Assembly (NCBI GenBank): GCA_965285935.1
Contig: OZ260665.1
Span: forward strand, 65,534,001 to 65,598,000
Source of the DNA: Ophelia neglecta
Lineage: Eukaryota
DNA: 64,000 nt
Direction: 5' to 3'
The translations under genes and the position numbers were made by a program. Under the pieces are notes generated by a model, which was not told the DNA's origin, made no database searches, and saw only the letters and a program-made list of their open reading frames with translations. Within the stretch, counting starts at the first letter, position 1. Every line of letters starts with the position of its first letter. This document shows positions 27,331 through 41,368 of the stretch, one piece after another.

Positions 27331-30300
27331 TGTGTGAATATTAAATCAAACCCAATCATAAGTTTCTTAAACGAAAAAGCAACTAAACCAGTGAGTAAGA
27401 ACATGTTTATGTAGGCCCTTCATATCTATTTGAGCCTCATTTTGACTAAGTACTGTGTATTTATTGGTTTAGCTTATTATATTGGCAAGAGAACGTTCAA
27501 ACTTGTTAAATAACGCAATTTGATAATAATAAAATGTCATGTCGCATGGATGGATTCTATTGGTGACCATGAATTTGACATTGTTTAAAGGTAAACTTGG
27601 GACACCATGTGAGGTTAATGTACTGTTAAATGGCTTGACTTTCCCACTTGTTCCACCAAAAAGAAATAAAAGCATATGAAATGAATATCATAATGAAGGT
27701 AACCTTTAGATATATTTGAAAAGTTATCATTCGAATTATGGATTGTATGGCCTGATGGATTCTACCGTTATCTGAATGTTGTATCATTGATTCAAATGCC
27801 AAGCATCATGACAACTAAGGATAGAAAGTGAACTCAATTTAATATCTCAATAAGCACCCATTTAGAAATACAGGCCTCCTAAACTGGTTGACTCTATTCC
27901 TGGACTTGGAGTAAGTTAATACTTGGTATGTGGAGCACCCCTTTTATTAGTTGGTCTGATTGATTCAGCGGCGAATAAAAAACCTTTAGCTATTGGGCAA
28001 GCCTCATATACTTGTATTATGGTCTAGTTGAGGTTTAGATTCCATCATACTCTTGTGACCCATTGTATTCCATGGGCTGGCGAGCATAATTTTCTTGATG
28101 AGGAGAATTTAACAACATCTTGATCGCTGTTCATTAGCTGTTTCTAATGCCCGGCGCGTCTCGCTAGCATATGTTCAAGGACACACAACAGATCCGGAGA
28201 GTGCCCATGAATTTTGCTCATGGCTTATTTCACGAGATTTGCACCGGCTTTGTCATTATCCATTGATTTATCACGCACCGCTCGCAATATGTTTTTCCTG
28301 ATAACATTCAATATGAAAACTGAATGATTAACCGTTAAACAAGCGAGAGAAGGATTAGGGAAGGACCATGGATTATTCCTTCTCACGCGGGCCCTGATTT
28401 CAAACGTCAGAGGACATGAATCAGTGAATTTGTCAAAAAGAGTGCGATTTGCCTCCAACAGTAAACCCCGAGGCATTCGGTGTTCCTTCTGCACTAATGG
28501 CCAAGACAAGATGGTTATATCCTGCCCGGATGCCTCCATAATGTGGCGTTCAAGTCCTGCTGTAAACAGTAATGTCATGTACGGTTATAATTGGCTATAC
28601 AAGCAAACCAGATGCTCGCTAAGGGGGACAAGATATTGTCTTTGTGATATAAAACAAGCCGAATTGGATGGCGGATGTTTGATAGAAGTTTTCATGGCTA
28701 TGGGCTGCCTCGGGAGACGCGGCCCTAAAGACGGCCTGTGCCAGGATCCTTAAAGTTGAGGGATCAGGGTGCCTACAGATTGTGACAGGCAATCCTTCAA
28801 CGCTTAGAGCCCTCGACATATGTGCTAATGAGATGGGATGCACTTCGCGTGAAGGAAGCCGAGAGAAGCATCTTCCAGGGATGGCGGCCATGAGCGCCCG
28901 ACAACAAGGATAAGACACAATGTGACTCACTTTGATTAAGCACAGATGCCTACTTACTCGCAGACGGCAGGAAATGACGATTGTACATAATAAGATCACG
29001 TGCCTCCCCCCTTAACCTAAATTCAATGCCAACAAAATAACTATAATCGCAGTTTTTTTCGGCAGGATTCTCCGAAACCCATCTTAGGCCATACTAGACG
29101 GGTGGTTTCTTTGTTTTCAGTCTAGTATGCAGTTTTAACCAATACTTAATCTTAGTTTATCGAGATATTACATGTCTATTTATATATGACTTACGTCCTG
29201 AATTTAATGCACATATAATTCAGAATCGTGATCATTTGTCCCATTGAGTAACCAGCGAAGCACTGACATATTTGGCGACGCTAGCTCCAAAAGTTCACCC
29301 TATTCTCCGTCATATTCCTTATGATAACTATCAGTAGGCCTAGGCCTAGTGGTTTTGATATCAGGCACTGTCTAGATACGCAAGATATCCCAATAGGTCT
29401 AACTCCAAATGCGAAAGGAACAATAGCAAGCTTTAAAGCCACACCGGAAGTACACTGGCACCATCCCATCTATCTTACCGGAATTAGCCCGTCAGCGAGA
29501 TGCCTCTTTCTGACCTTCCGGGCAGGAGAGCTCCAACCGATAATCCTAACACTAAACTACTTATGCAAAACTTCCTCTTACACGAACCGGATTGTAAAAT
29601 AGTCTGATTTGGCTCGATCAAAATATGTCGACAAGATGATGAACGACCTCATTTGTTTCCACAGGGTTACTCTTGAAAGGTGCTCGGGCCAGCGATGCTT
29701 GATTAAAAGACTAGATTGGTCGCTCCCGCTGAACCGAGATGATCGCCTTGTCGTTATCCCAAGGTATGAAGCCAAGTTTATACCGGCTCAGCAACTATAT
29801 TAATGACAAAAGAAGGTAGCCTGGTCGAGGTAATAACTAAGCCGGGGCCAGGCGGGGTGAAATTGATCGTCCCAATTAGCATGGCTTCATCTATGGGAAT
29901 TACCTGCCGCAGGTCGCACGTCTCCAAAACAAAGCAGCTAATCGCCTGTTTGACTAAACTATCTTTACTAGTGAGTTTGATTAATCGGGGCTTAGCTCCG
30001 TCAACGGCTGTTCTACAGCCGAGTTTGCTAACTTGAACCCAAGTTATTTATTATCGGAAAAGTAAATTAACTCATAAAAACAACACATTTTTTCTCTCTT
30101 GTATTCTGATACATCGCCGAGAAGCCAATCCCAGCATCCGAGAAGTTCATTCAAAAACTTTTTACGAGAATAAAGTCGCCATCTGGCATTGGCAATGTAG
30201 CGAGCACGGACAGACCTTATCTCGAAAAACCCAATTTGTTTTGGAAAAGAACCATCTCATGAATAGACGCAAATAGAAAATAGCCACAGATGGATATGAA

Positions 30301-33300
30301 AGTATAAAATATGTTATTAAAAAGCGTCAAACTATTTCAATATGTTGAGAAAGTAATAACCTCACTTTCCGCCATCTCTATTGAATCTCTGTCCCCCGGG
30401 GCTATGTTCAGGGAAGACTAGGTACTTCGTGTCGCCGGGGTTGTCTCTGCCGCACCGATTTAGATGAAAAGCCAAACAAAACCATAAAGTGTAAAATGAA
30501 TAGCCCCCGAGTGGTGAAAAGCCGTGACATAGTGGGTTTTTAGAAGATATGGTTTCCATGGCTGTTTAATAGCAAAACGAATTTTCCACGCGCATGACCC
30601 TTTCTCCCATTTTGTCTACTAAGATTTTATTATTTGGAATAAAGAACAACCAGGCAATAAAATATAATTGTTTAAAAGCAGAAGATCGTCTCTTTGCAAA
30701 ATGTAGAATATACTTGGAGACAGGTTTGCTACTATAGCTACACAATTAGTCAGCTTATTCAGACTTAACAATGAATGAGAACGAAGCTTTGCGCGGTAAT
30801 GATTCGGGCAAACCATTTCAGCAGTTATCATGATAATTATCTTCACAGTCAACCCTCCGCAATTCAATAGTGAATTGTCCTGGTGAAATTCAACATGCCG
30901 CCATCTTATCGGCGGTTAATATCCAATTGCACGGATTTGGTGAAGCAGTTCGATTCGTCTGCTACACTTTGGTGGTCCTTGATGACAGCGATAAACTCTC
31001 CGCCATTTATGCCTCACCAATATGCTCGTCCTTTCAAATTGGCCTCACAGATTTAAATTGCTTTCATGGCGCCCAGCCGGTTCATCCAGAGCGTCTTCTG
31101 CGACCCTACCAGAAACACTGTTGCGGTTAATATTGGTCAGTATAGCAGGGAGATTTTAATCCTGTCAATCTCCGTGGATTCAAGTCGTACCGGACGTGAA
31201 CAGTTCAATTCTCCAAAGTATTGGATACGTGAAAATCTGTTGTCATAAATGAAAAGTGACAAGCTGGGCCTTTTTTTTTTAAATACAGCCTGACCGAGAA
31301 CAAACGAAAAGTGACATTCTAAACAAATTACAAATGTAGTCAAACCGATATACCCTTAAACGTTAATCATCAGTCCAGAGAATCTGTTTTAGACGCTTAA
31401 ATACACGTGATATCTGTCTTGCTTTTAAAAGATCACCACAGTTTGACACAGTCGCTCATGTACAATAGATCTGTATGCATACACGTTAGAAAACAACTGC
31501 CCACAAACAATATGAGAGACCAATAAACGGATCTCAGTGGACCTCCGATTTTGCAAATGTCTTGCAAGTTTCTAATAATATCAATTAACTGTTTTTTAAT
31601 AATTTTGACAAAGTTCCACTTAAGGAAGGAAAGTTTGGAGTTACTAACACACCTGAAGACTTGGACCACATACATTATTTTTACAGCCCCACAGATCTTG
31701 GACATATACATCAACCTGTTCTTTTAGGCTCCCTTAGACAAAGCAAATTAGGTTAACTTGTCTCCAGTGCAGTTTGAGTGTTCCCTAATGATATTGCCAT
31801 TGTTCAAAGTTTTACAAAATCTACTTAAATAATGACCAAACTGTCAACCGGAAGCTTTACGATCGCAAAGGAATTAATCTGATTAACATAAAGACATAAA
31901 GTAGACACTTCAATTACCGTGGGATCAAGGTAATCCATTGTTAAAGCGGTAATAAAGTTTCCATTTGACAATACTAACACAGGGCGGTAATGGATATTGC
32001 AGTTGGGATATTATCGCCCGCGCAGACATTACTGAAGACATCTTGGGCTGTCTTCATCTGCAGTAAGGGCGTTCTGCCACCCCATCAATAACCGCCTGCT
32101 GACAGCTTATTACTCAACTCCGGGCCTAATGTATAACCCGCTCGGCTAGCGGGATCATCAATTCATTGACACCGGGTCTGGCTGCAATTTGCCTTTGCCG
32201 CGCCGAAGTCAGCCGATATCTCTCGCCCCCCGACACCTGTGGTATCGACAAAGCGCGCCAATTTTCAATCCGATGGCACGGGGGGTGCCGGGGTTAATCA
32301 AATAGGCGGCGGGTAAAATGGCATTTCACCAAACAAGCCATATAACACAGTGCCAGCGCCGTGTCACTTGATATGGCTTCTTGCTCCAGCGGGCACGGGT
32401 GAAAATAAGCAAGATATTGTAAAACAGTCGCAAGAAATAAGTTCGCCAAAAATCGATGAAGGGTGCTGCTCGGGGAATTCCGCAACAAACGTTGGATGTA
32501 TGGTTGGCGACTCGAGTCTGAGCAGAACGAATGAGCAAGGGCATCCAGATGCAAAGCGAAACCTCAGCTGTCAGCAGACGGTGACACTTAAGCAACAGCT
32601 TATCAAAGACGAGGACATATAAGGTCTATCTAAATCAACAATATAAAGAGAAAATTCTTCTCGATTCAACTTATCGTCATTAATCATAAGAAATATGCAA
32701 ATATTGTTCTGTTACGAATAAAATTATACCTCAAATGCTTGTTTCCACATTTCTGGGCAAACAGTAAGTGTGGTAAATATCGCCATCAAAACACCTGTCT
32801 CTCAAGTCTGCCTTGAAGGGTCAAGAACTTTTGCCCAGTCTGACTAATGACATAATGTTTTACTTTCACGACATGTCACCGAAGTCGGCTGTGGGGATAA
32901 CCCGTGTCGGTACAGATCAGACTCGGTATTGCATGGTATTCTTTCTATGCCCTGTCGAACGCTTGTTTCATACATAGAAGTCTAGCCTTTCTAAACTTTT
33001 TTTTTCCAGTTTGTCTGTTTGTAGTGACATAAAAACCCAAGTTGGGTTTGCCCTTGTGTTTATATTTGCATGTAACCATTGTTTTCGTAGGACATGTCAC
33101 TTTTAAAAATGAAATACACACATAAACTAAATCTCCTCTTTTAGAATCATTTAAATAACTGGGGATGGTATATATTGTGTAATTGAACTTCTTTCCTTTG
33201 CCCTCTGCTCACTCAAACTGATCTCAAATGTTCTACCCTTGCATGGTGAGAGAAACACTTTTTTGGGTAAAGAACTGGAGTAGATACCCTATAGACAAAG

Positions 33301-34796
33301 CAAAATCGATTGTAATCAAGAAAATTCCATTAAAACTGTCCGAATTCTCCAGAAATCGTCAGTTGCAGGCCTACAAAACATCTATCCCGAATTCTATAAC
33401 TCTAAATATGCTTTGAACGAAGTAATGATGAAAACAATAAAAACGGATATCACTTACCTACTGCAATGAGTAGCAGTCGACAATTTTCAATGATACAAGC
33501 CATAACAAACGAGTCATTGATCTATATACAAATAAAAGACAGACTATGATGGACTTAGCTGTCTCTTAAATGTGAGAATTTAGATGAATTTGATCTGGTA
33601 ACCCCAAGACCAGAGAAAAATGTGAAAGGTCCCTGCATACTAAAGAGATCTTCTCGACAGTTCAAGAAAATAACAACACAGGGTAATTCTCCACAGGTAA
33701 ATCCCTTTAGCTCAATGAAACAGTATGTATACTTACAGGATTATTTAATAAGAAGAAACCAAAAGGAATTGGTGAAGGTCTATCCAACCAAGTGAGCCCC
33801 CTTTCGACGCGGTGAAGATCTTTGCAGTGGTGTCAAAGTAGTCAGAGGATAACCGCATACTATAGGAGCCTTAACTACCGAATCGGAAGTCGTCTTAACA
33901 TGATTATAATGATACGACTCATATGGGTTATCTTAAGTATTTACCGTATTTAAGGGTATTTAGTTTTGGGCTTGCCGTCGTTTTCTGTCTGCCGGATGTC
34001 GCCTCCAGTTTTCCCCCTAGAGGTTGAGTAAGCGTGCGTACGTGATCAAATTGTAACACACGCACTCGGTTTTATTTTCAGTGAGTGCCAATTAATGATA
34101 CAATTTCTGAGATTAGGGGACAGCAAAAACGTAAATCCATGCTCTCTCAACAATTTTTGAAACATAATGACACAGACTTTTAAAATATGGCACTAGTTTC
34201 TCGTCATTAATCTCATGTAACCATGTAAAAGTGTGAAAAATTGAGCATCGCTCAGCAATAGCTCGAGTGGTAATCCCGTTAGTGTATTAACCAAGACATT
34301 TATTAGAATAGATATCTGCGTTTGACGGAGTGAAGCATGATGTCAACGAAATGAATTGTGGCTGGCGCAGAGAAAACCAAATTACCAGAAAGCCGCGTGC
34401 ACACTCCCGCGGGTTCAGGTGCTACGATTTACAAGTAATTTGTTTCGATTCAGCGGAGAATTATTAAAATTCTGCCTAGTTCTGAGGGATGTTTGTCTGG
34501 TGTCACGTGACTCGGAAGTGGATAATAGGAAGCTTCAATGTCGTCTGGGCCATATGTCTCAACGGCTGAAACATGTCATTCACAAGGCTACCAGCTTTCT
34601 TCATTTCGGTTCTCATCAAGGTTACAAAAATGTGCAATCTACTTGGTGCATGGTCGAGGAAGTAAATGTGTTTGCTCTGCCCTGACATCTCAATACAAGA
34701 CACAATTTCATTAACCGAATCCGATCTTTTAAGACTACCATTTCCAACGTCACAAGAGTTGATTGATGCGCTCATCGAGAAGGGCCTTAAGAATCA

Positions 34797-34930
34797 NNNN
34801 NNNNNNNNNNNNNNNNNNNNNNNNNNNNNNNNNNNNNNNNNNNNNNNNNNNNNNNNNNNNNNNNNNNNNNNNNNNNNNNNNNNNNNNNNNNNNNNNNNNN
34901 NNNNNNNNNNNNNNNNNNNNNNNNNNNNNN
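34797..34930. other. Assembly gap (134 N)
   Basis: N-run. Confidence 0.99.
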
Positions 34931-37900
34931 AGACAGGACATCGCTCTTTCGACAATTTGCTTCAGACACATCTGGAAGGTGCTAGTATAAGAGGTGTGGT
35001 CTAGGGCCTTATCATGATAGCAGCCACCTCCTCCTCCCCATTTTCTTCGATAATCCTAGTATGCCATATAGGCGTATAGGTTAAACCCCAAAATCCAATT
35101 CCAAAACCTAACTGTTAAAGGCTCTCCAACTGGCACAACGTGTTGAATATTGTTAAATACTGTGCTTGACCTAGGCCTATATATATGTTTTTCATTCAAT
35201 GTTGTCTCATACATATGACTTGGCTATATTTGTATGAAAATGATACATTTTACTGAATAGATCAATATCAAAGGATTAATTACAAAGCGTATACTTGGCC
35301 ATATCTTATTCAAAAGAGTGTCTTGCTGGCTATGGTAGAAGACTTCTTCTGTCTTCATACTTCTATTTATTGTGTCAAAGGCGCTGAATTGGAGAGATAT
35401 TGGTTGAAATATGTTCAAATCAAACTCCATATTTTCACAACACAATAGCATTTAAACACACGATACTTTAGTTCTCTTGTTCGTGGGAACATCTTTATTC
35501 GAGGGTTCAGTCATCGGTTAAGTGCCCAAATCTACTTACAACACTAGATGGTTCATATAGCGGGCAAGAAAGGAACACTGCAAAAAGCTACACCAAGTGG
35601 GTGAATCATCTGACCTGCACCTCGGGGGCAGTGCTCCTGAAAAAAGATAACTAACATCGATTATCTCTGAGAATTGCCGCCTTCATTATTCATAATGGTT
35701 AATAATAGAAATTCATGCATGCAAAGGGCGTGATGATGAATCTTTTCGAAGATGAGGTCAAAAAGGTTCTCCATTCAATGTGCCCGTAGGAATGAGACAA
35801 GGTATTACTTAGAAAGTATTGTATACTTGCGAACAGACTAGTGCGGGTACATTATTACTCTGATATAGGCCTACTGGGAAATAATAAACATCTCCTAGTT
35901 CAGTTTAACCCAAAACAAGTTCCATATGTATTAAACTATGAAATAAGATGACGAGTATAAGGATACAATATGCAGTCACTTCAAAGTCAGACCAGCAAGA
36001 TAATAACTATGGCCGTTGTTTGAGGCCATCGCCTTGAAGCAATTGCTGGTTTGTGGATTTTGGGAAATCGAGGTTCTCTATAGCCTCCAGCGACATGTAA
36101 AGGATGGAAGCGGTTAACGTGATTCAAACGAGCTATACTAACCATATCTGACTAAGTCTACTCAGAACAGATGTCCAAGAAACAGCCAGTCAAAATAGGA
36201 AGTTAGATTTGCACACAAGTCTCGGGCTCACACGATTAATTTCTAGGCACGGTGGAGATTGCCTGGCGGGCAAACGGGATTCAGTACTGGGTGTGGTGGG
36301 ACCGGGCCGCGACTGTGGCCCAGGCTCCAGAGAGACTACACTCTCCGCCCATGGCAACGCCTGGAATGTAGGAGAATCATGACCATTGACGGCCTGTAGC
36401 GGAAACGTTGTCCCAATTCGGGTAATCCTTGATGCCCCAGGCTGGTGTTTTAGCTATAGGATTTGCCTACTCAAATATGTCGAGCTTCAAACAGACCAAA
36501 AGCCCTCTCAGGTCGGGACGCTGTTGTTTGCTCGACGCTCATGATTGCTCAGCAAATTGACTCCTTAGGCCGGTTAAATAAGGTTAGAATCGGCAGATGT
36601 GCAGCCTCATGGGCATGCTTTAATAACGTCGCCGACCATGTTTGTACACTCGAGCAAAATCTGATGTTTAAACCACATTACCAGCGCAAAGATCTTCGAA
36701 TTCAATCGAGAAAGCGGGAAATTGAATTGTGTATAAGTGGTCTTTACAGCCATAGTGTTTCGTGCCAGGACGTCATCTGATTTGCAGACGACCATATTGG
36801 GTCTTTATGGATGTTAGAAATATTGGCTCAATTCTAATCTGTACATCTGCTCACACTGAAAGCCCAATACGGACAGGCATTTATGAAGATCTATCAGTCG
36901 CAGACGCATTAAGGGAACCCTCAACGCACGACATTGCTTTTGCATGATAATGCATCAGGCATTGTGGGTCTCCATTAATTGAATTAGGAAGACTAATATT
37001 CCTGATGTGGTAGAAATGGTATCTCGCGAACTCTTTAACTGTTTGTCAATTTGCAATGCAAAGATGTCTATTGCCAACACTGCTTAGAGACTATGTAATA
37101 ACATTTGGAACATTGCGGAAGACTTCAGCTTCCAGCTGAGTAATGGCTGAATGAGAATTAATGCAGTTTAGTTACAGACTCTGTTTTATTTTTCTTTCAT
37201 GACTATCACTTTCTTTTTTGTAACGTTCAATTTAGAAACCGTTGAACCTATATATGCCTATTTTGTGAGCCCTTTTCTCATCATTAACTTCATTGAATGG
37301 TGGTGGGAACTAACTGCTCGAAACCGCATCCTTTGTGTTGAATTGATCTGAAAACACTTATTACCTCCCTCGCTACACATGGCTGGCCTGACTAGTTGGA
37401 GACCGTGACTAAAAGTGATACGTTGTGGAGGATTTATATCTGAAAGCAGACGACGTCTGAGCCACGTGCCGCCCACGTGTGGCTGAGGGTATGGTAGTTA
37501 TCTCGTCTCGACCTCTGTCTCGCGGGACTATCTGCGGACCAACAGAGACCTTTGATGTCACGGTGGGCGGCATCTGGGTAGAATCCGTTTTTTTACACGC
37601 TGTGATCGTCATTCGCGGATGAGTGCTTACGTCATGGTTACGTTAAATGGCTATGGCTCTCCCATATGCTATTCTGACTTCACAAAAGCGCCATGGTTGG
37701 CGGTCAAAGAAATGTACTCTAAAGATAAATTTCATCATGGCGGTAATTAATATTAATGAATATCTGATATACATGCTGAATGATTCTTGTGAGGCAGTGA
37801 AGCTGAGCGTATGAAATCACCAGCCGAAGAGGAAATGTACTTTTGTTGTGGTTGCTAAACCTTTAGGCCCCCTGCGCGATGAACAGATTTCGAGTCCCGG

Positions 37901-40900
37901 ATGACAGAAACTGTGTCATGGCCATTGTCAAATTTGCGGGAGAAATGAGTCTCCGGGCGATGTAGTTTGACTCCTTTGTGAATGCCGCGCTGTGATTTGC
38001 GTCAATCTTTCCTCTCTCTATCGCCAATGGTTTCCGCTATAATAAAACAAGCTGTACCGTACAATGATAATAATCGTAAACAACTCTACTAGTGGCATGC
38101 GCTTGACAAAGCCATGTTTTGCCGGTCCGATACCAGCTGTCTTTTCCTCACCAAAAGACGTCTGCCAATCTCAATAACCATCATTTGTTTACCGCGCTAT
38201 TCACTTAGAGTTCCCAAACCATCAGCGATACACATTATATACAAATCACGTAGCTCTTTTATTCGATGCAAACCATTTTCTGTCTATATCTACCGTATTA
38301 GCCTGAATCATATTTCATTTCCGATGGAGCTGCCACTATTATCTGGTTTTTATTGGCTATAGCACGGTAGCCGCTGGTTGAGCTGATTGCCCGGCTCCGT
38401 GATGGTGGCGATAAGGCGAATTATATTTCCCCGTGTCGAAGTATATCCCGAAAACAATATGGATCTTCCGGGTAGTAATTGCCCATTTCCAATTAGGACT
38501 AGACTCAATCGACTTCGGAGCGACCCTATGCGAATCTATCAAGGCAGAAGTATTGAGGGCAAATATCGCAGGCCGGCCCGGTGCCCTCTGTACGAGACGT
38601 CTGATTGCCGGGAGATAAGTTTAAATTGCCCGATCAGGGAGCAGTGGCAAAAGACCCAGATCATTTGGTCTTTGACTGATTGAATTACCTCTCTAACTAA
38701 ATAAACGGCGAGCTATCTGTCTAGCGGGTCGACATCTCTGCTGCTGGGAGCACAACACAAGACAACAGGATTAGAGTATATCAGACACGTCGTTGTCTCC
38801 GAATAGCCGACCCACTTTTTTTTCATCAGTATAGACTTATCCGAATGAACACAAACGTAACTTTAAAAGCCATTTGATGTCTTAAAGTGGAAAATGAGTT
38901 TTAAATCTGATTAGTTTTAATTATTGGTATAAAGGAAATATACCAAAAATAAGATGTAAGTTTTACAAAAATAATTGAATGGCGCCTGTTTAGGTCTTGC
39001 AGTCTTGAGGCGAAATGGTCATATAGGACTTTTAAAGACTAAATACGACTGATGTACACAGTTGAACGATCCAGCCCATTGAATTGATGATTGAAAGGGA
39101 GAAGCCAGCCAGATAAAGCTGTTTCAATCCTGCTATCATATTGACTGGCTTTAATTTACCAGTTTTGTGACAAATAACCGTCTGCTTCCACCAGATTGGA
39201 GCGAGAAAATAATAAAATGAAGGCGTCAGTTTTTTCTATTGATATCTTGGTTCGCATCCTTGCACAATATCAGTTGTCGAGGGTGGTCCGCCGAGATGAT
39301 TGGATCCTATATACGGCTCGTATATGAAGGTAATCACCTGTGAGGCATAACACTCTACTATTGTGAATTTAATCAACACAATTTTATGCCTCAATTTGTT
39401 TGCCTCGGCCAATATTAGAACAAATGAAGTGTTTGGCGATGCGAATTGACGGTTTGACCGGTCCACACTTTCTCCGCCTCCAAAGCGAGCAATCCTTGTG
39501 ATTAGCCCCCACTTGGACAAGAATGAAGCCGTCAGAATCGTGAGATTCTCCAAAACCTATTTAGGCCTGGCAGCTTTGATGGCATGACATCCGACTGGTG
39601 GTGTCCGAACTAATCATATTTTGGCACTTCGTGTGAACGGTTCTTTAAACCCCGGCGGTGTTCATTCTAATTATTCGGACGCTGTCTATGAAAAATTGAT
39701 CTCAAGGGACTTGAGTGCGTATCTCTAGAGAGGAGACGCGCGCCAAGAAAAATGAGCAAATCACGAGAGCACGGAAGCGACACATTACAACGCATATTGT
39801 GAAATGAAATCCGCCGCATTCCACTCATCAATTATGATTTGTCCAACTGTCGCATGTTGGGGCTGGTTGACGAATGCTGATGAACTCAGGCCGGGTAGCT
39901 AGGGATCGTCGCGCGTCATTTCCTATTCCGGGTTCTTCATTAACCCTCGCCCCGCGAGGTAGTCTCACGAGAGTAAGAGACGAGATGTGTGGGTATTGTG
40001 TACGTAGATCAGGCGGTTGATCGATCCTAGTGGCCGTCAGCCTCCCTCCCCAGCCGGCCATTAGAGACGCGCCTACTGACATAACTGTCTTGTCAAAACA
40101 AACTGTGGATATACACCAGAGACGCTACTTATTAGTCGAACCAGCTTTCGGCGACACCGCCAAGCCCCCGTGATGGAGTTCAGGACCCCCCGACATCCCC
40201 CGATATTCACATATTCATAATGGCGAGCAGACGAGAGGGGTTCTCCCCGCTCTGGCGGTTCTTAATGGGTTCTCGGGTTGCTCTCCAGTTGGCAGGGGGC
40301 TGGCGGTTTTCGTACGCTACGGGAAGGCAGGTGACGGAACTGACACGCTCGGCGAGCACTACATCACACAAATGTGTCCCAAGATCTCTCGTCATTAGCC
40401 TAACTCTCGTACCAACACTCGCAGATGCCGCCTTTCAAATTCCCACTCGTGTTCTTTGACATATTTCATTTAGTCCACGAAATATGCTTGTCAGACAGTG
40501 CCATGTTCCAATGCTCATTTCCGATACTCTGGTGTACAAGACAAGATTAGAAACAGCCTCTGGTTCACGCTTTGCGCTCCGTGTCTCTCTGGGGGCATGG
40601 ACATTTGAATCGAATTGGTTATCCTTTGAAGCTATAGTAATTTCGATACAACATTAGTGTTGCCCAAAATATGTTACTTAAAATGAATCTGTTTTCTATG
40701 ACATTGAAGATTCCACTTTAGGTATAGCCGTATATCACACCTTAATATATATACATATACGTATGCGTTATGTGAATTTCAAATACTGCTAATGGTCATG
40801 TTCGAACCCCCTTTTCATGTCCTTGGCGGTTAAATTATTAACAGAACTGAACTTAGTGTGAATAGCCCTAAGTATGTTGCTTCAGCCTGGGATAAGAGAT

Positions 40901-40984
40901 TTGGTGTTTGTTCGCTTGCAGTTCTTTTAATGCACTATTTCCTGATTAATGATATGTCTGCCTGGTGTCTACTCCCGTTTTTTT

Positions 40985-41197
40985 NNNNNNNNNNNNNNNN
41001 NNNNNNNNNNNNNNNNNNNNNNNNNNNNNNNNNNNNNNNNNNNNNNNNNNNNNNNNNNNNNNNNNNNNNNNNNNNNNNNNNNNNNNNNNNNNNNNNNNNN
41101 NNNNNNNNNNNNNNNNNNNNNNNNNNNNNNNNNNNNNNNNNNNNNNNNNNNNNNNNNNNNNNNNNNNNNNNNNNNNNNNNNNNNNNNNNNNNNNNNN
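40985..41197. other. Assembly gap (213 N)
   Basis: N-run. Confidence 0.99.
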
Positions 41198-41368
41198 GAG
41201 ACACAGAGACAGAGACCGACCGACAGAGACAGACCGACAGAGACAGACAGACTAAGACAGAAACATGTCTCTGACAGCGACAAAGTCGTGGACAGTAAGG
41301 CCAGAGAGTGACAGAGATAGACAAAGAGGGACAAAGAGAGACAAAGCGACAGACAGACAGACAGACAA
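41198..41368. repeat. (GACA/GA)n microsatellite next to an assembly gap
   Basis: gagacacagagacagagac...agacagacagacagac directly after the N-run. Confidence 0.85.

Noticed and set aside
10379-34767. Pbx/Hox TGATTGAT sites (10379, 14372, 27957, 34760)
   Set aside because: About the number expected by chance at this AT content.
35355-35410. LINE RT remnant on minus (QPISL...AFDTINR)
   Set aside because: Only two short motif-like words; insufficient without a search.
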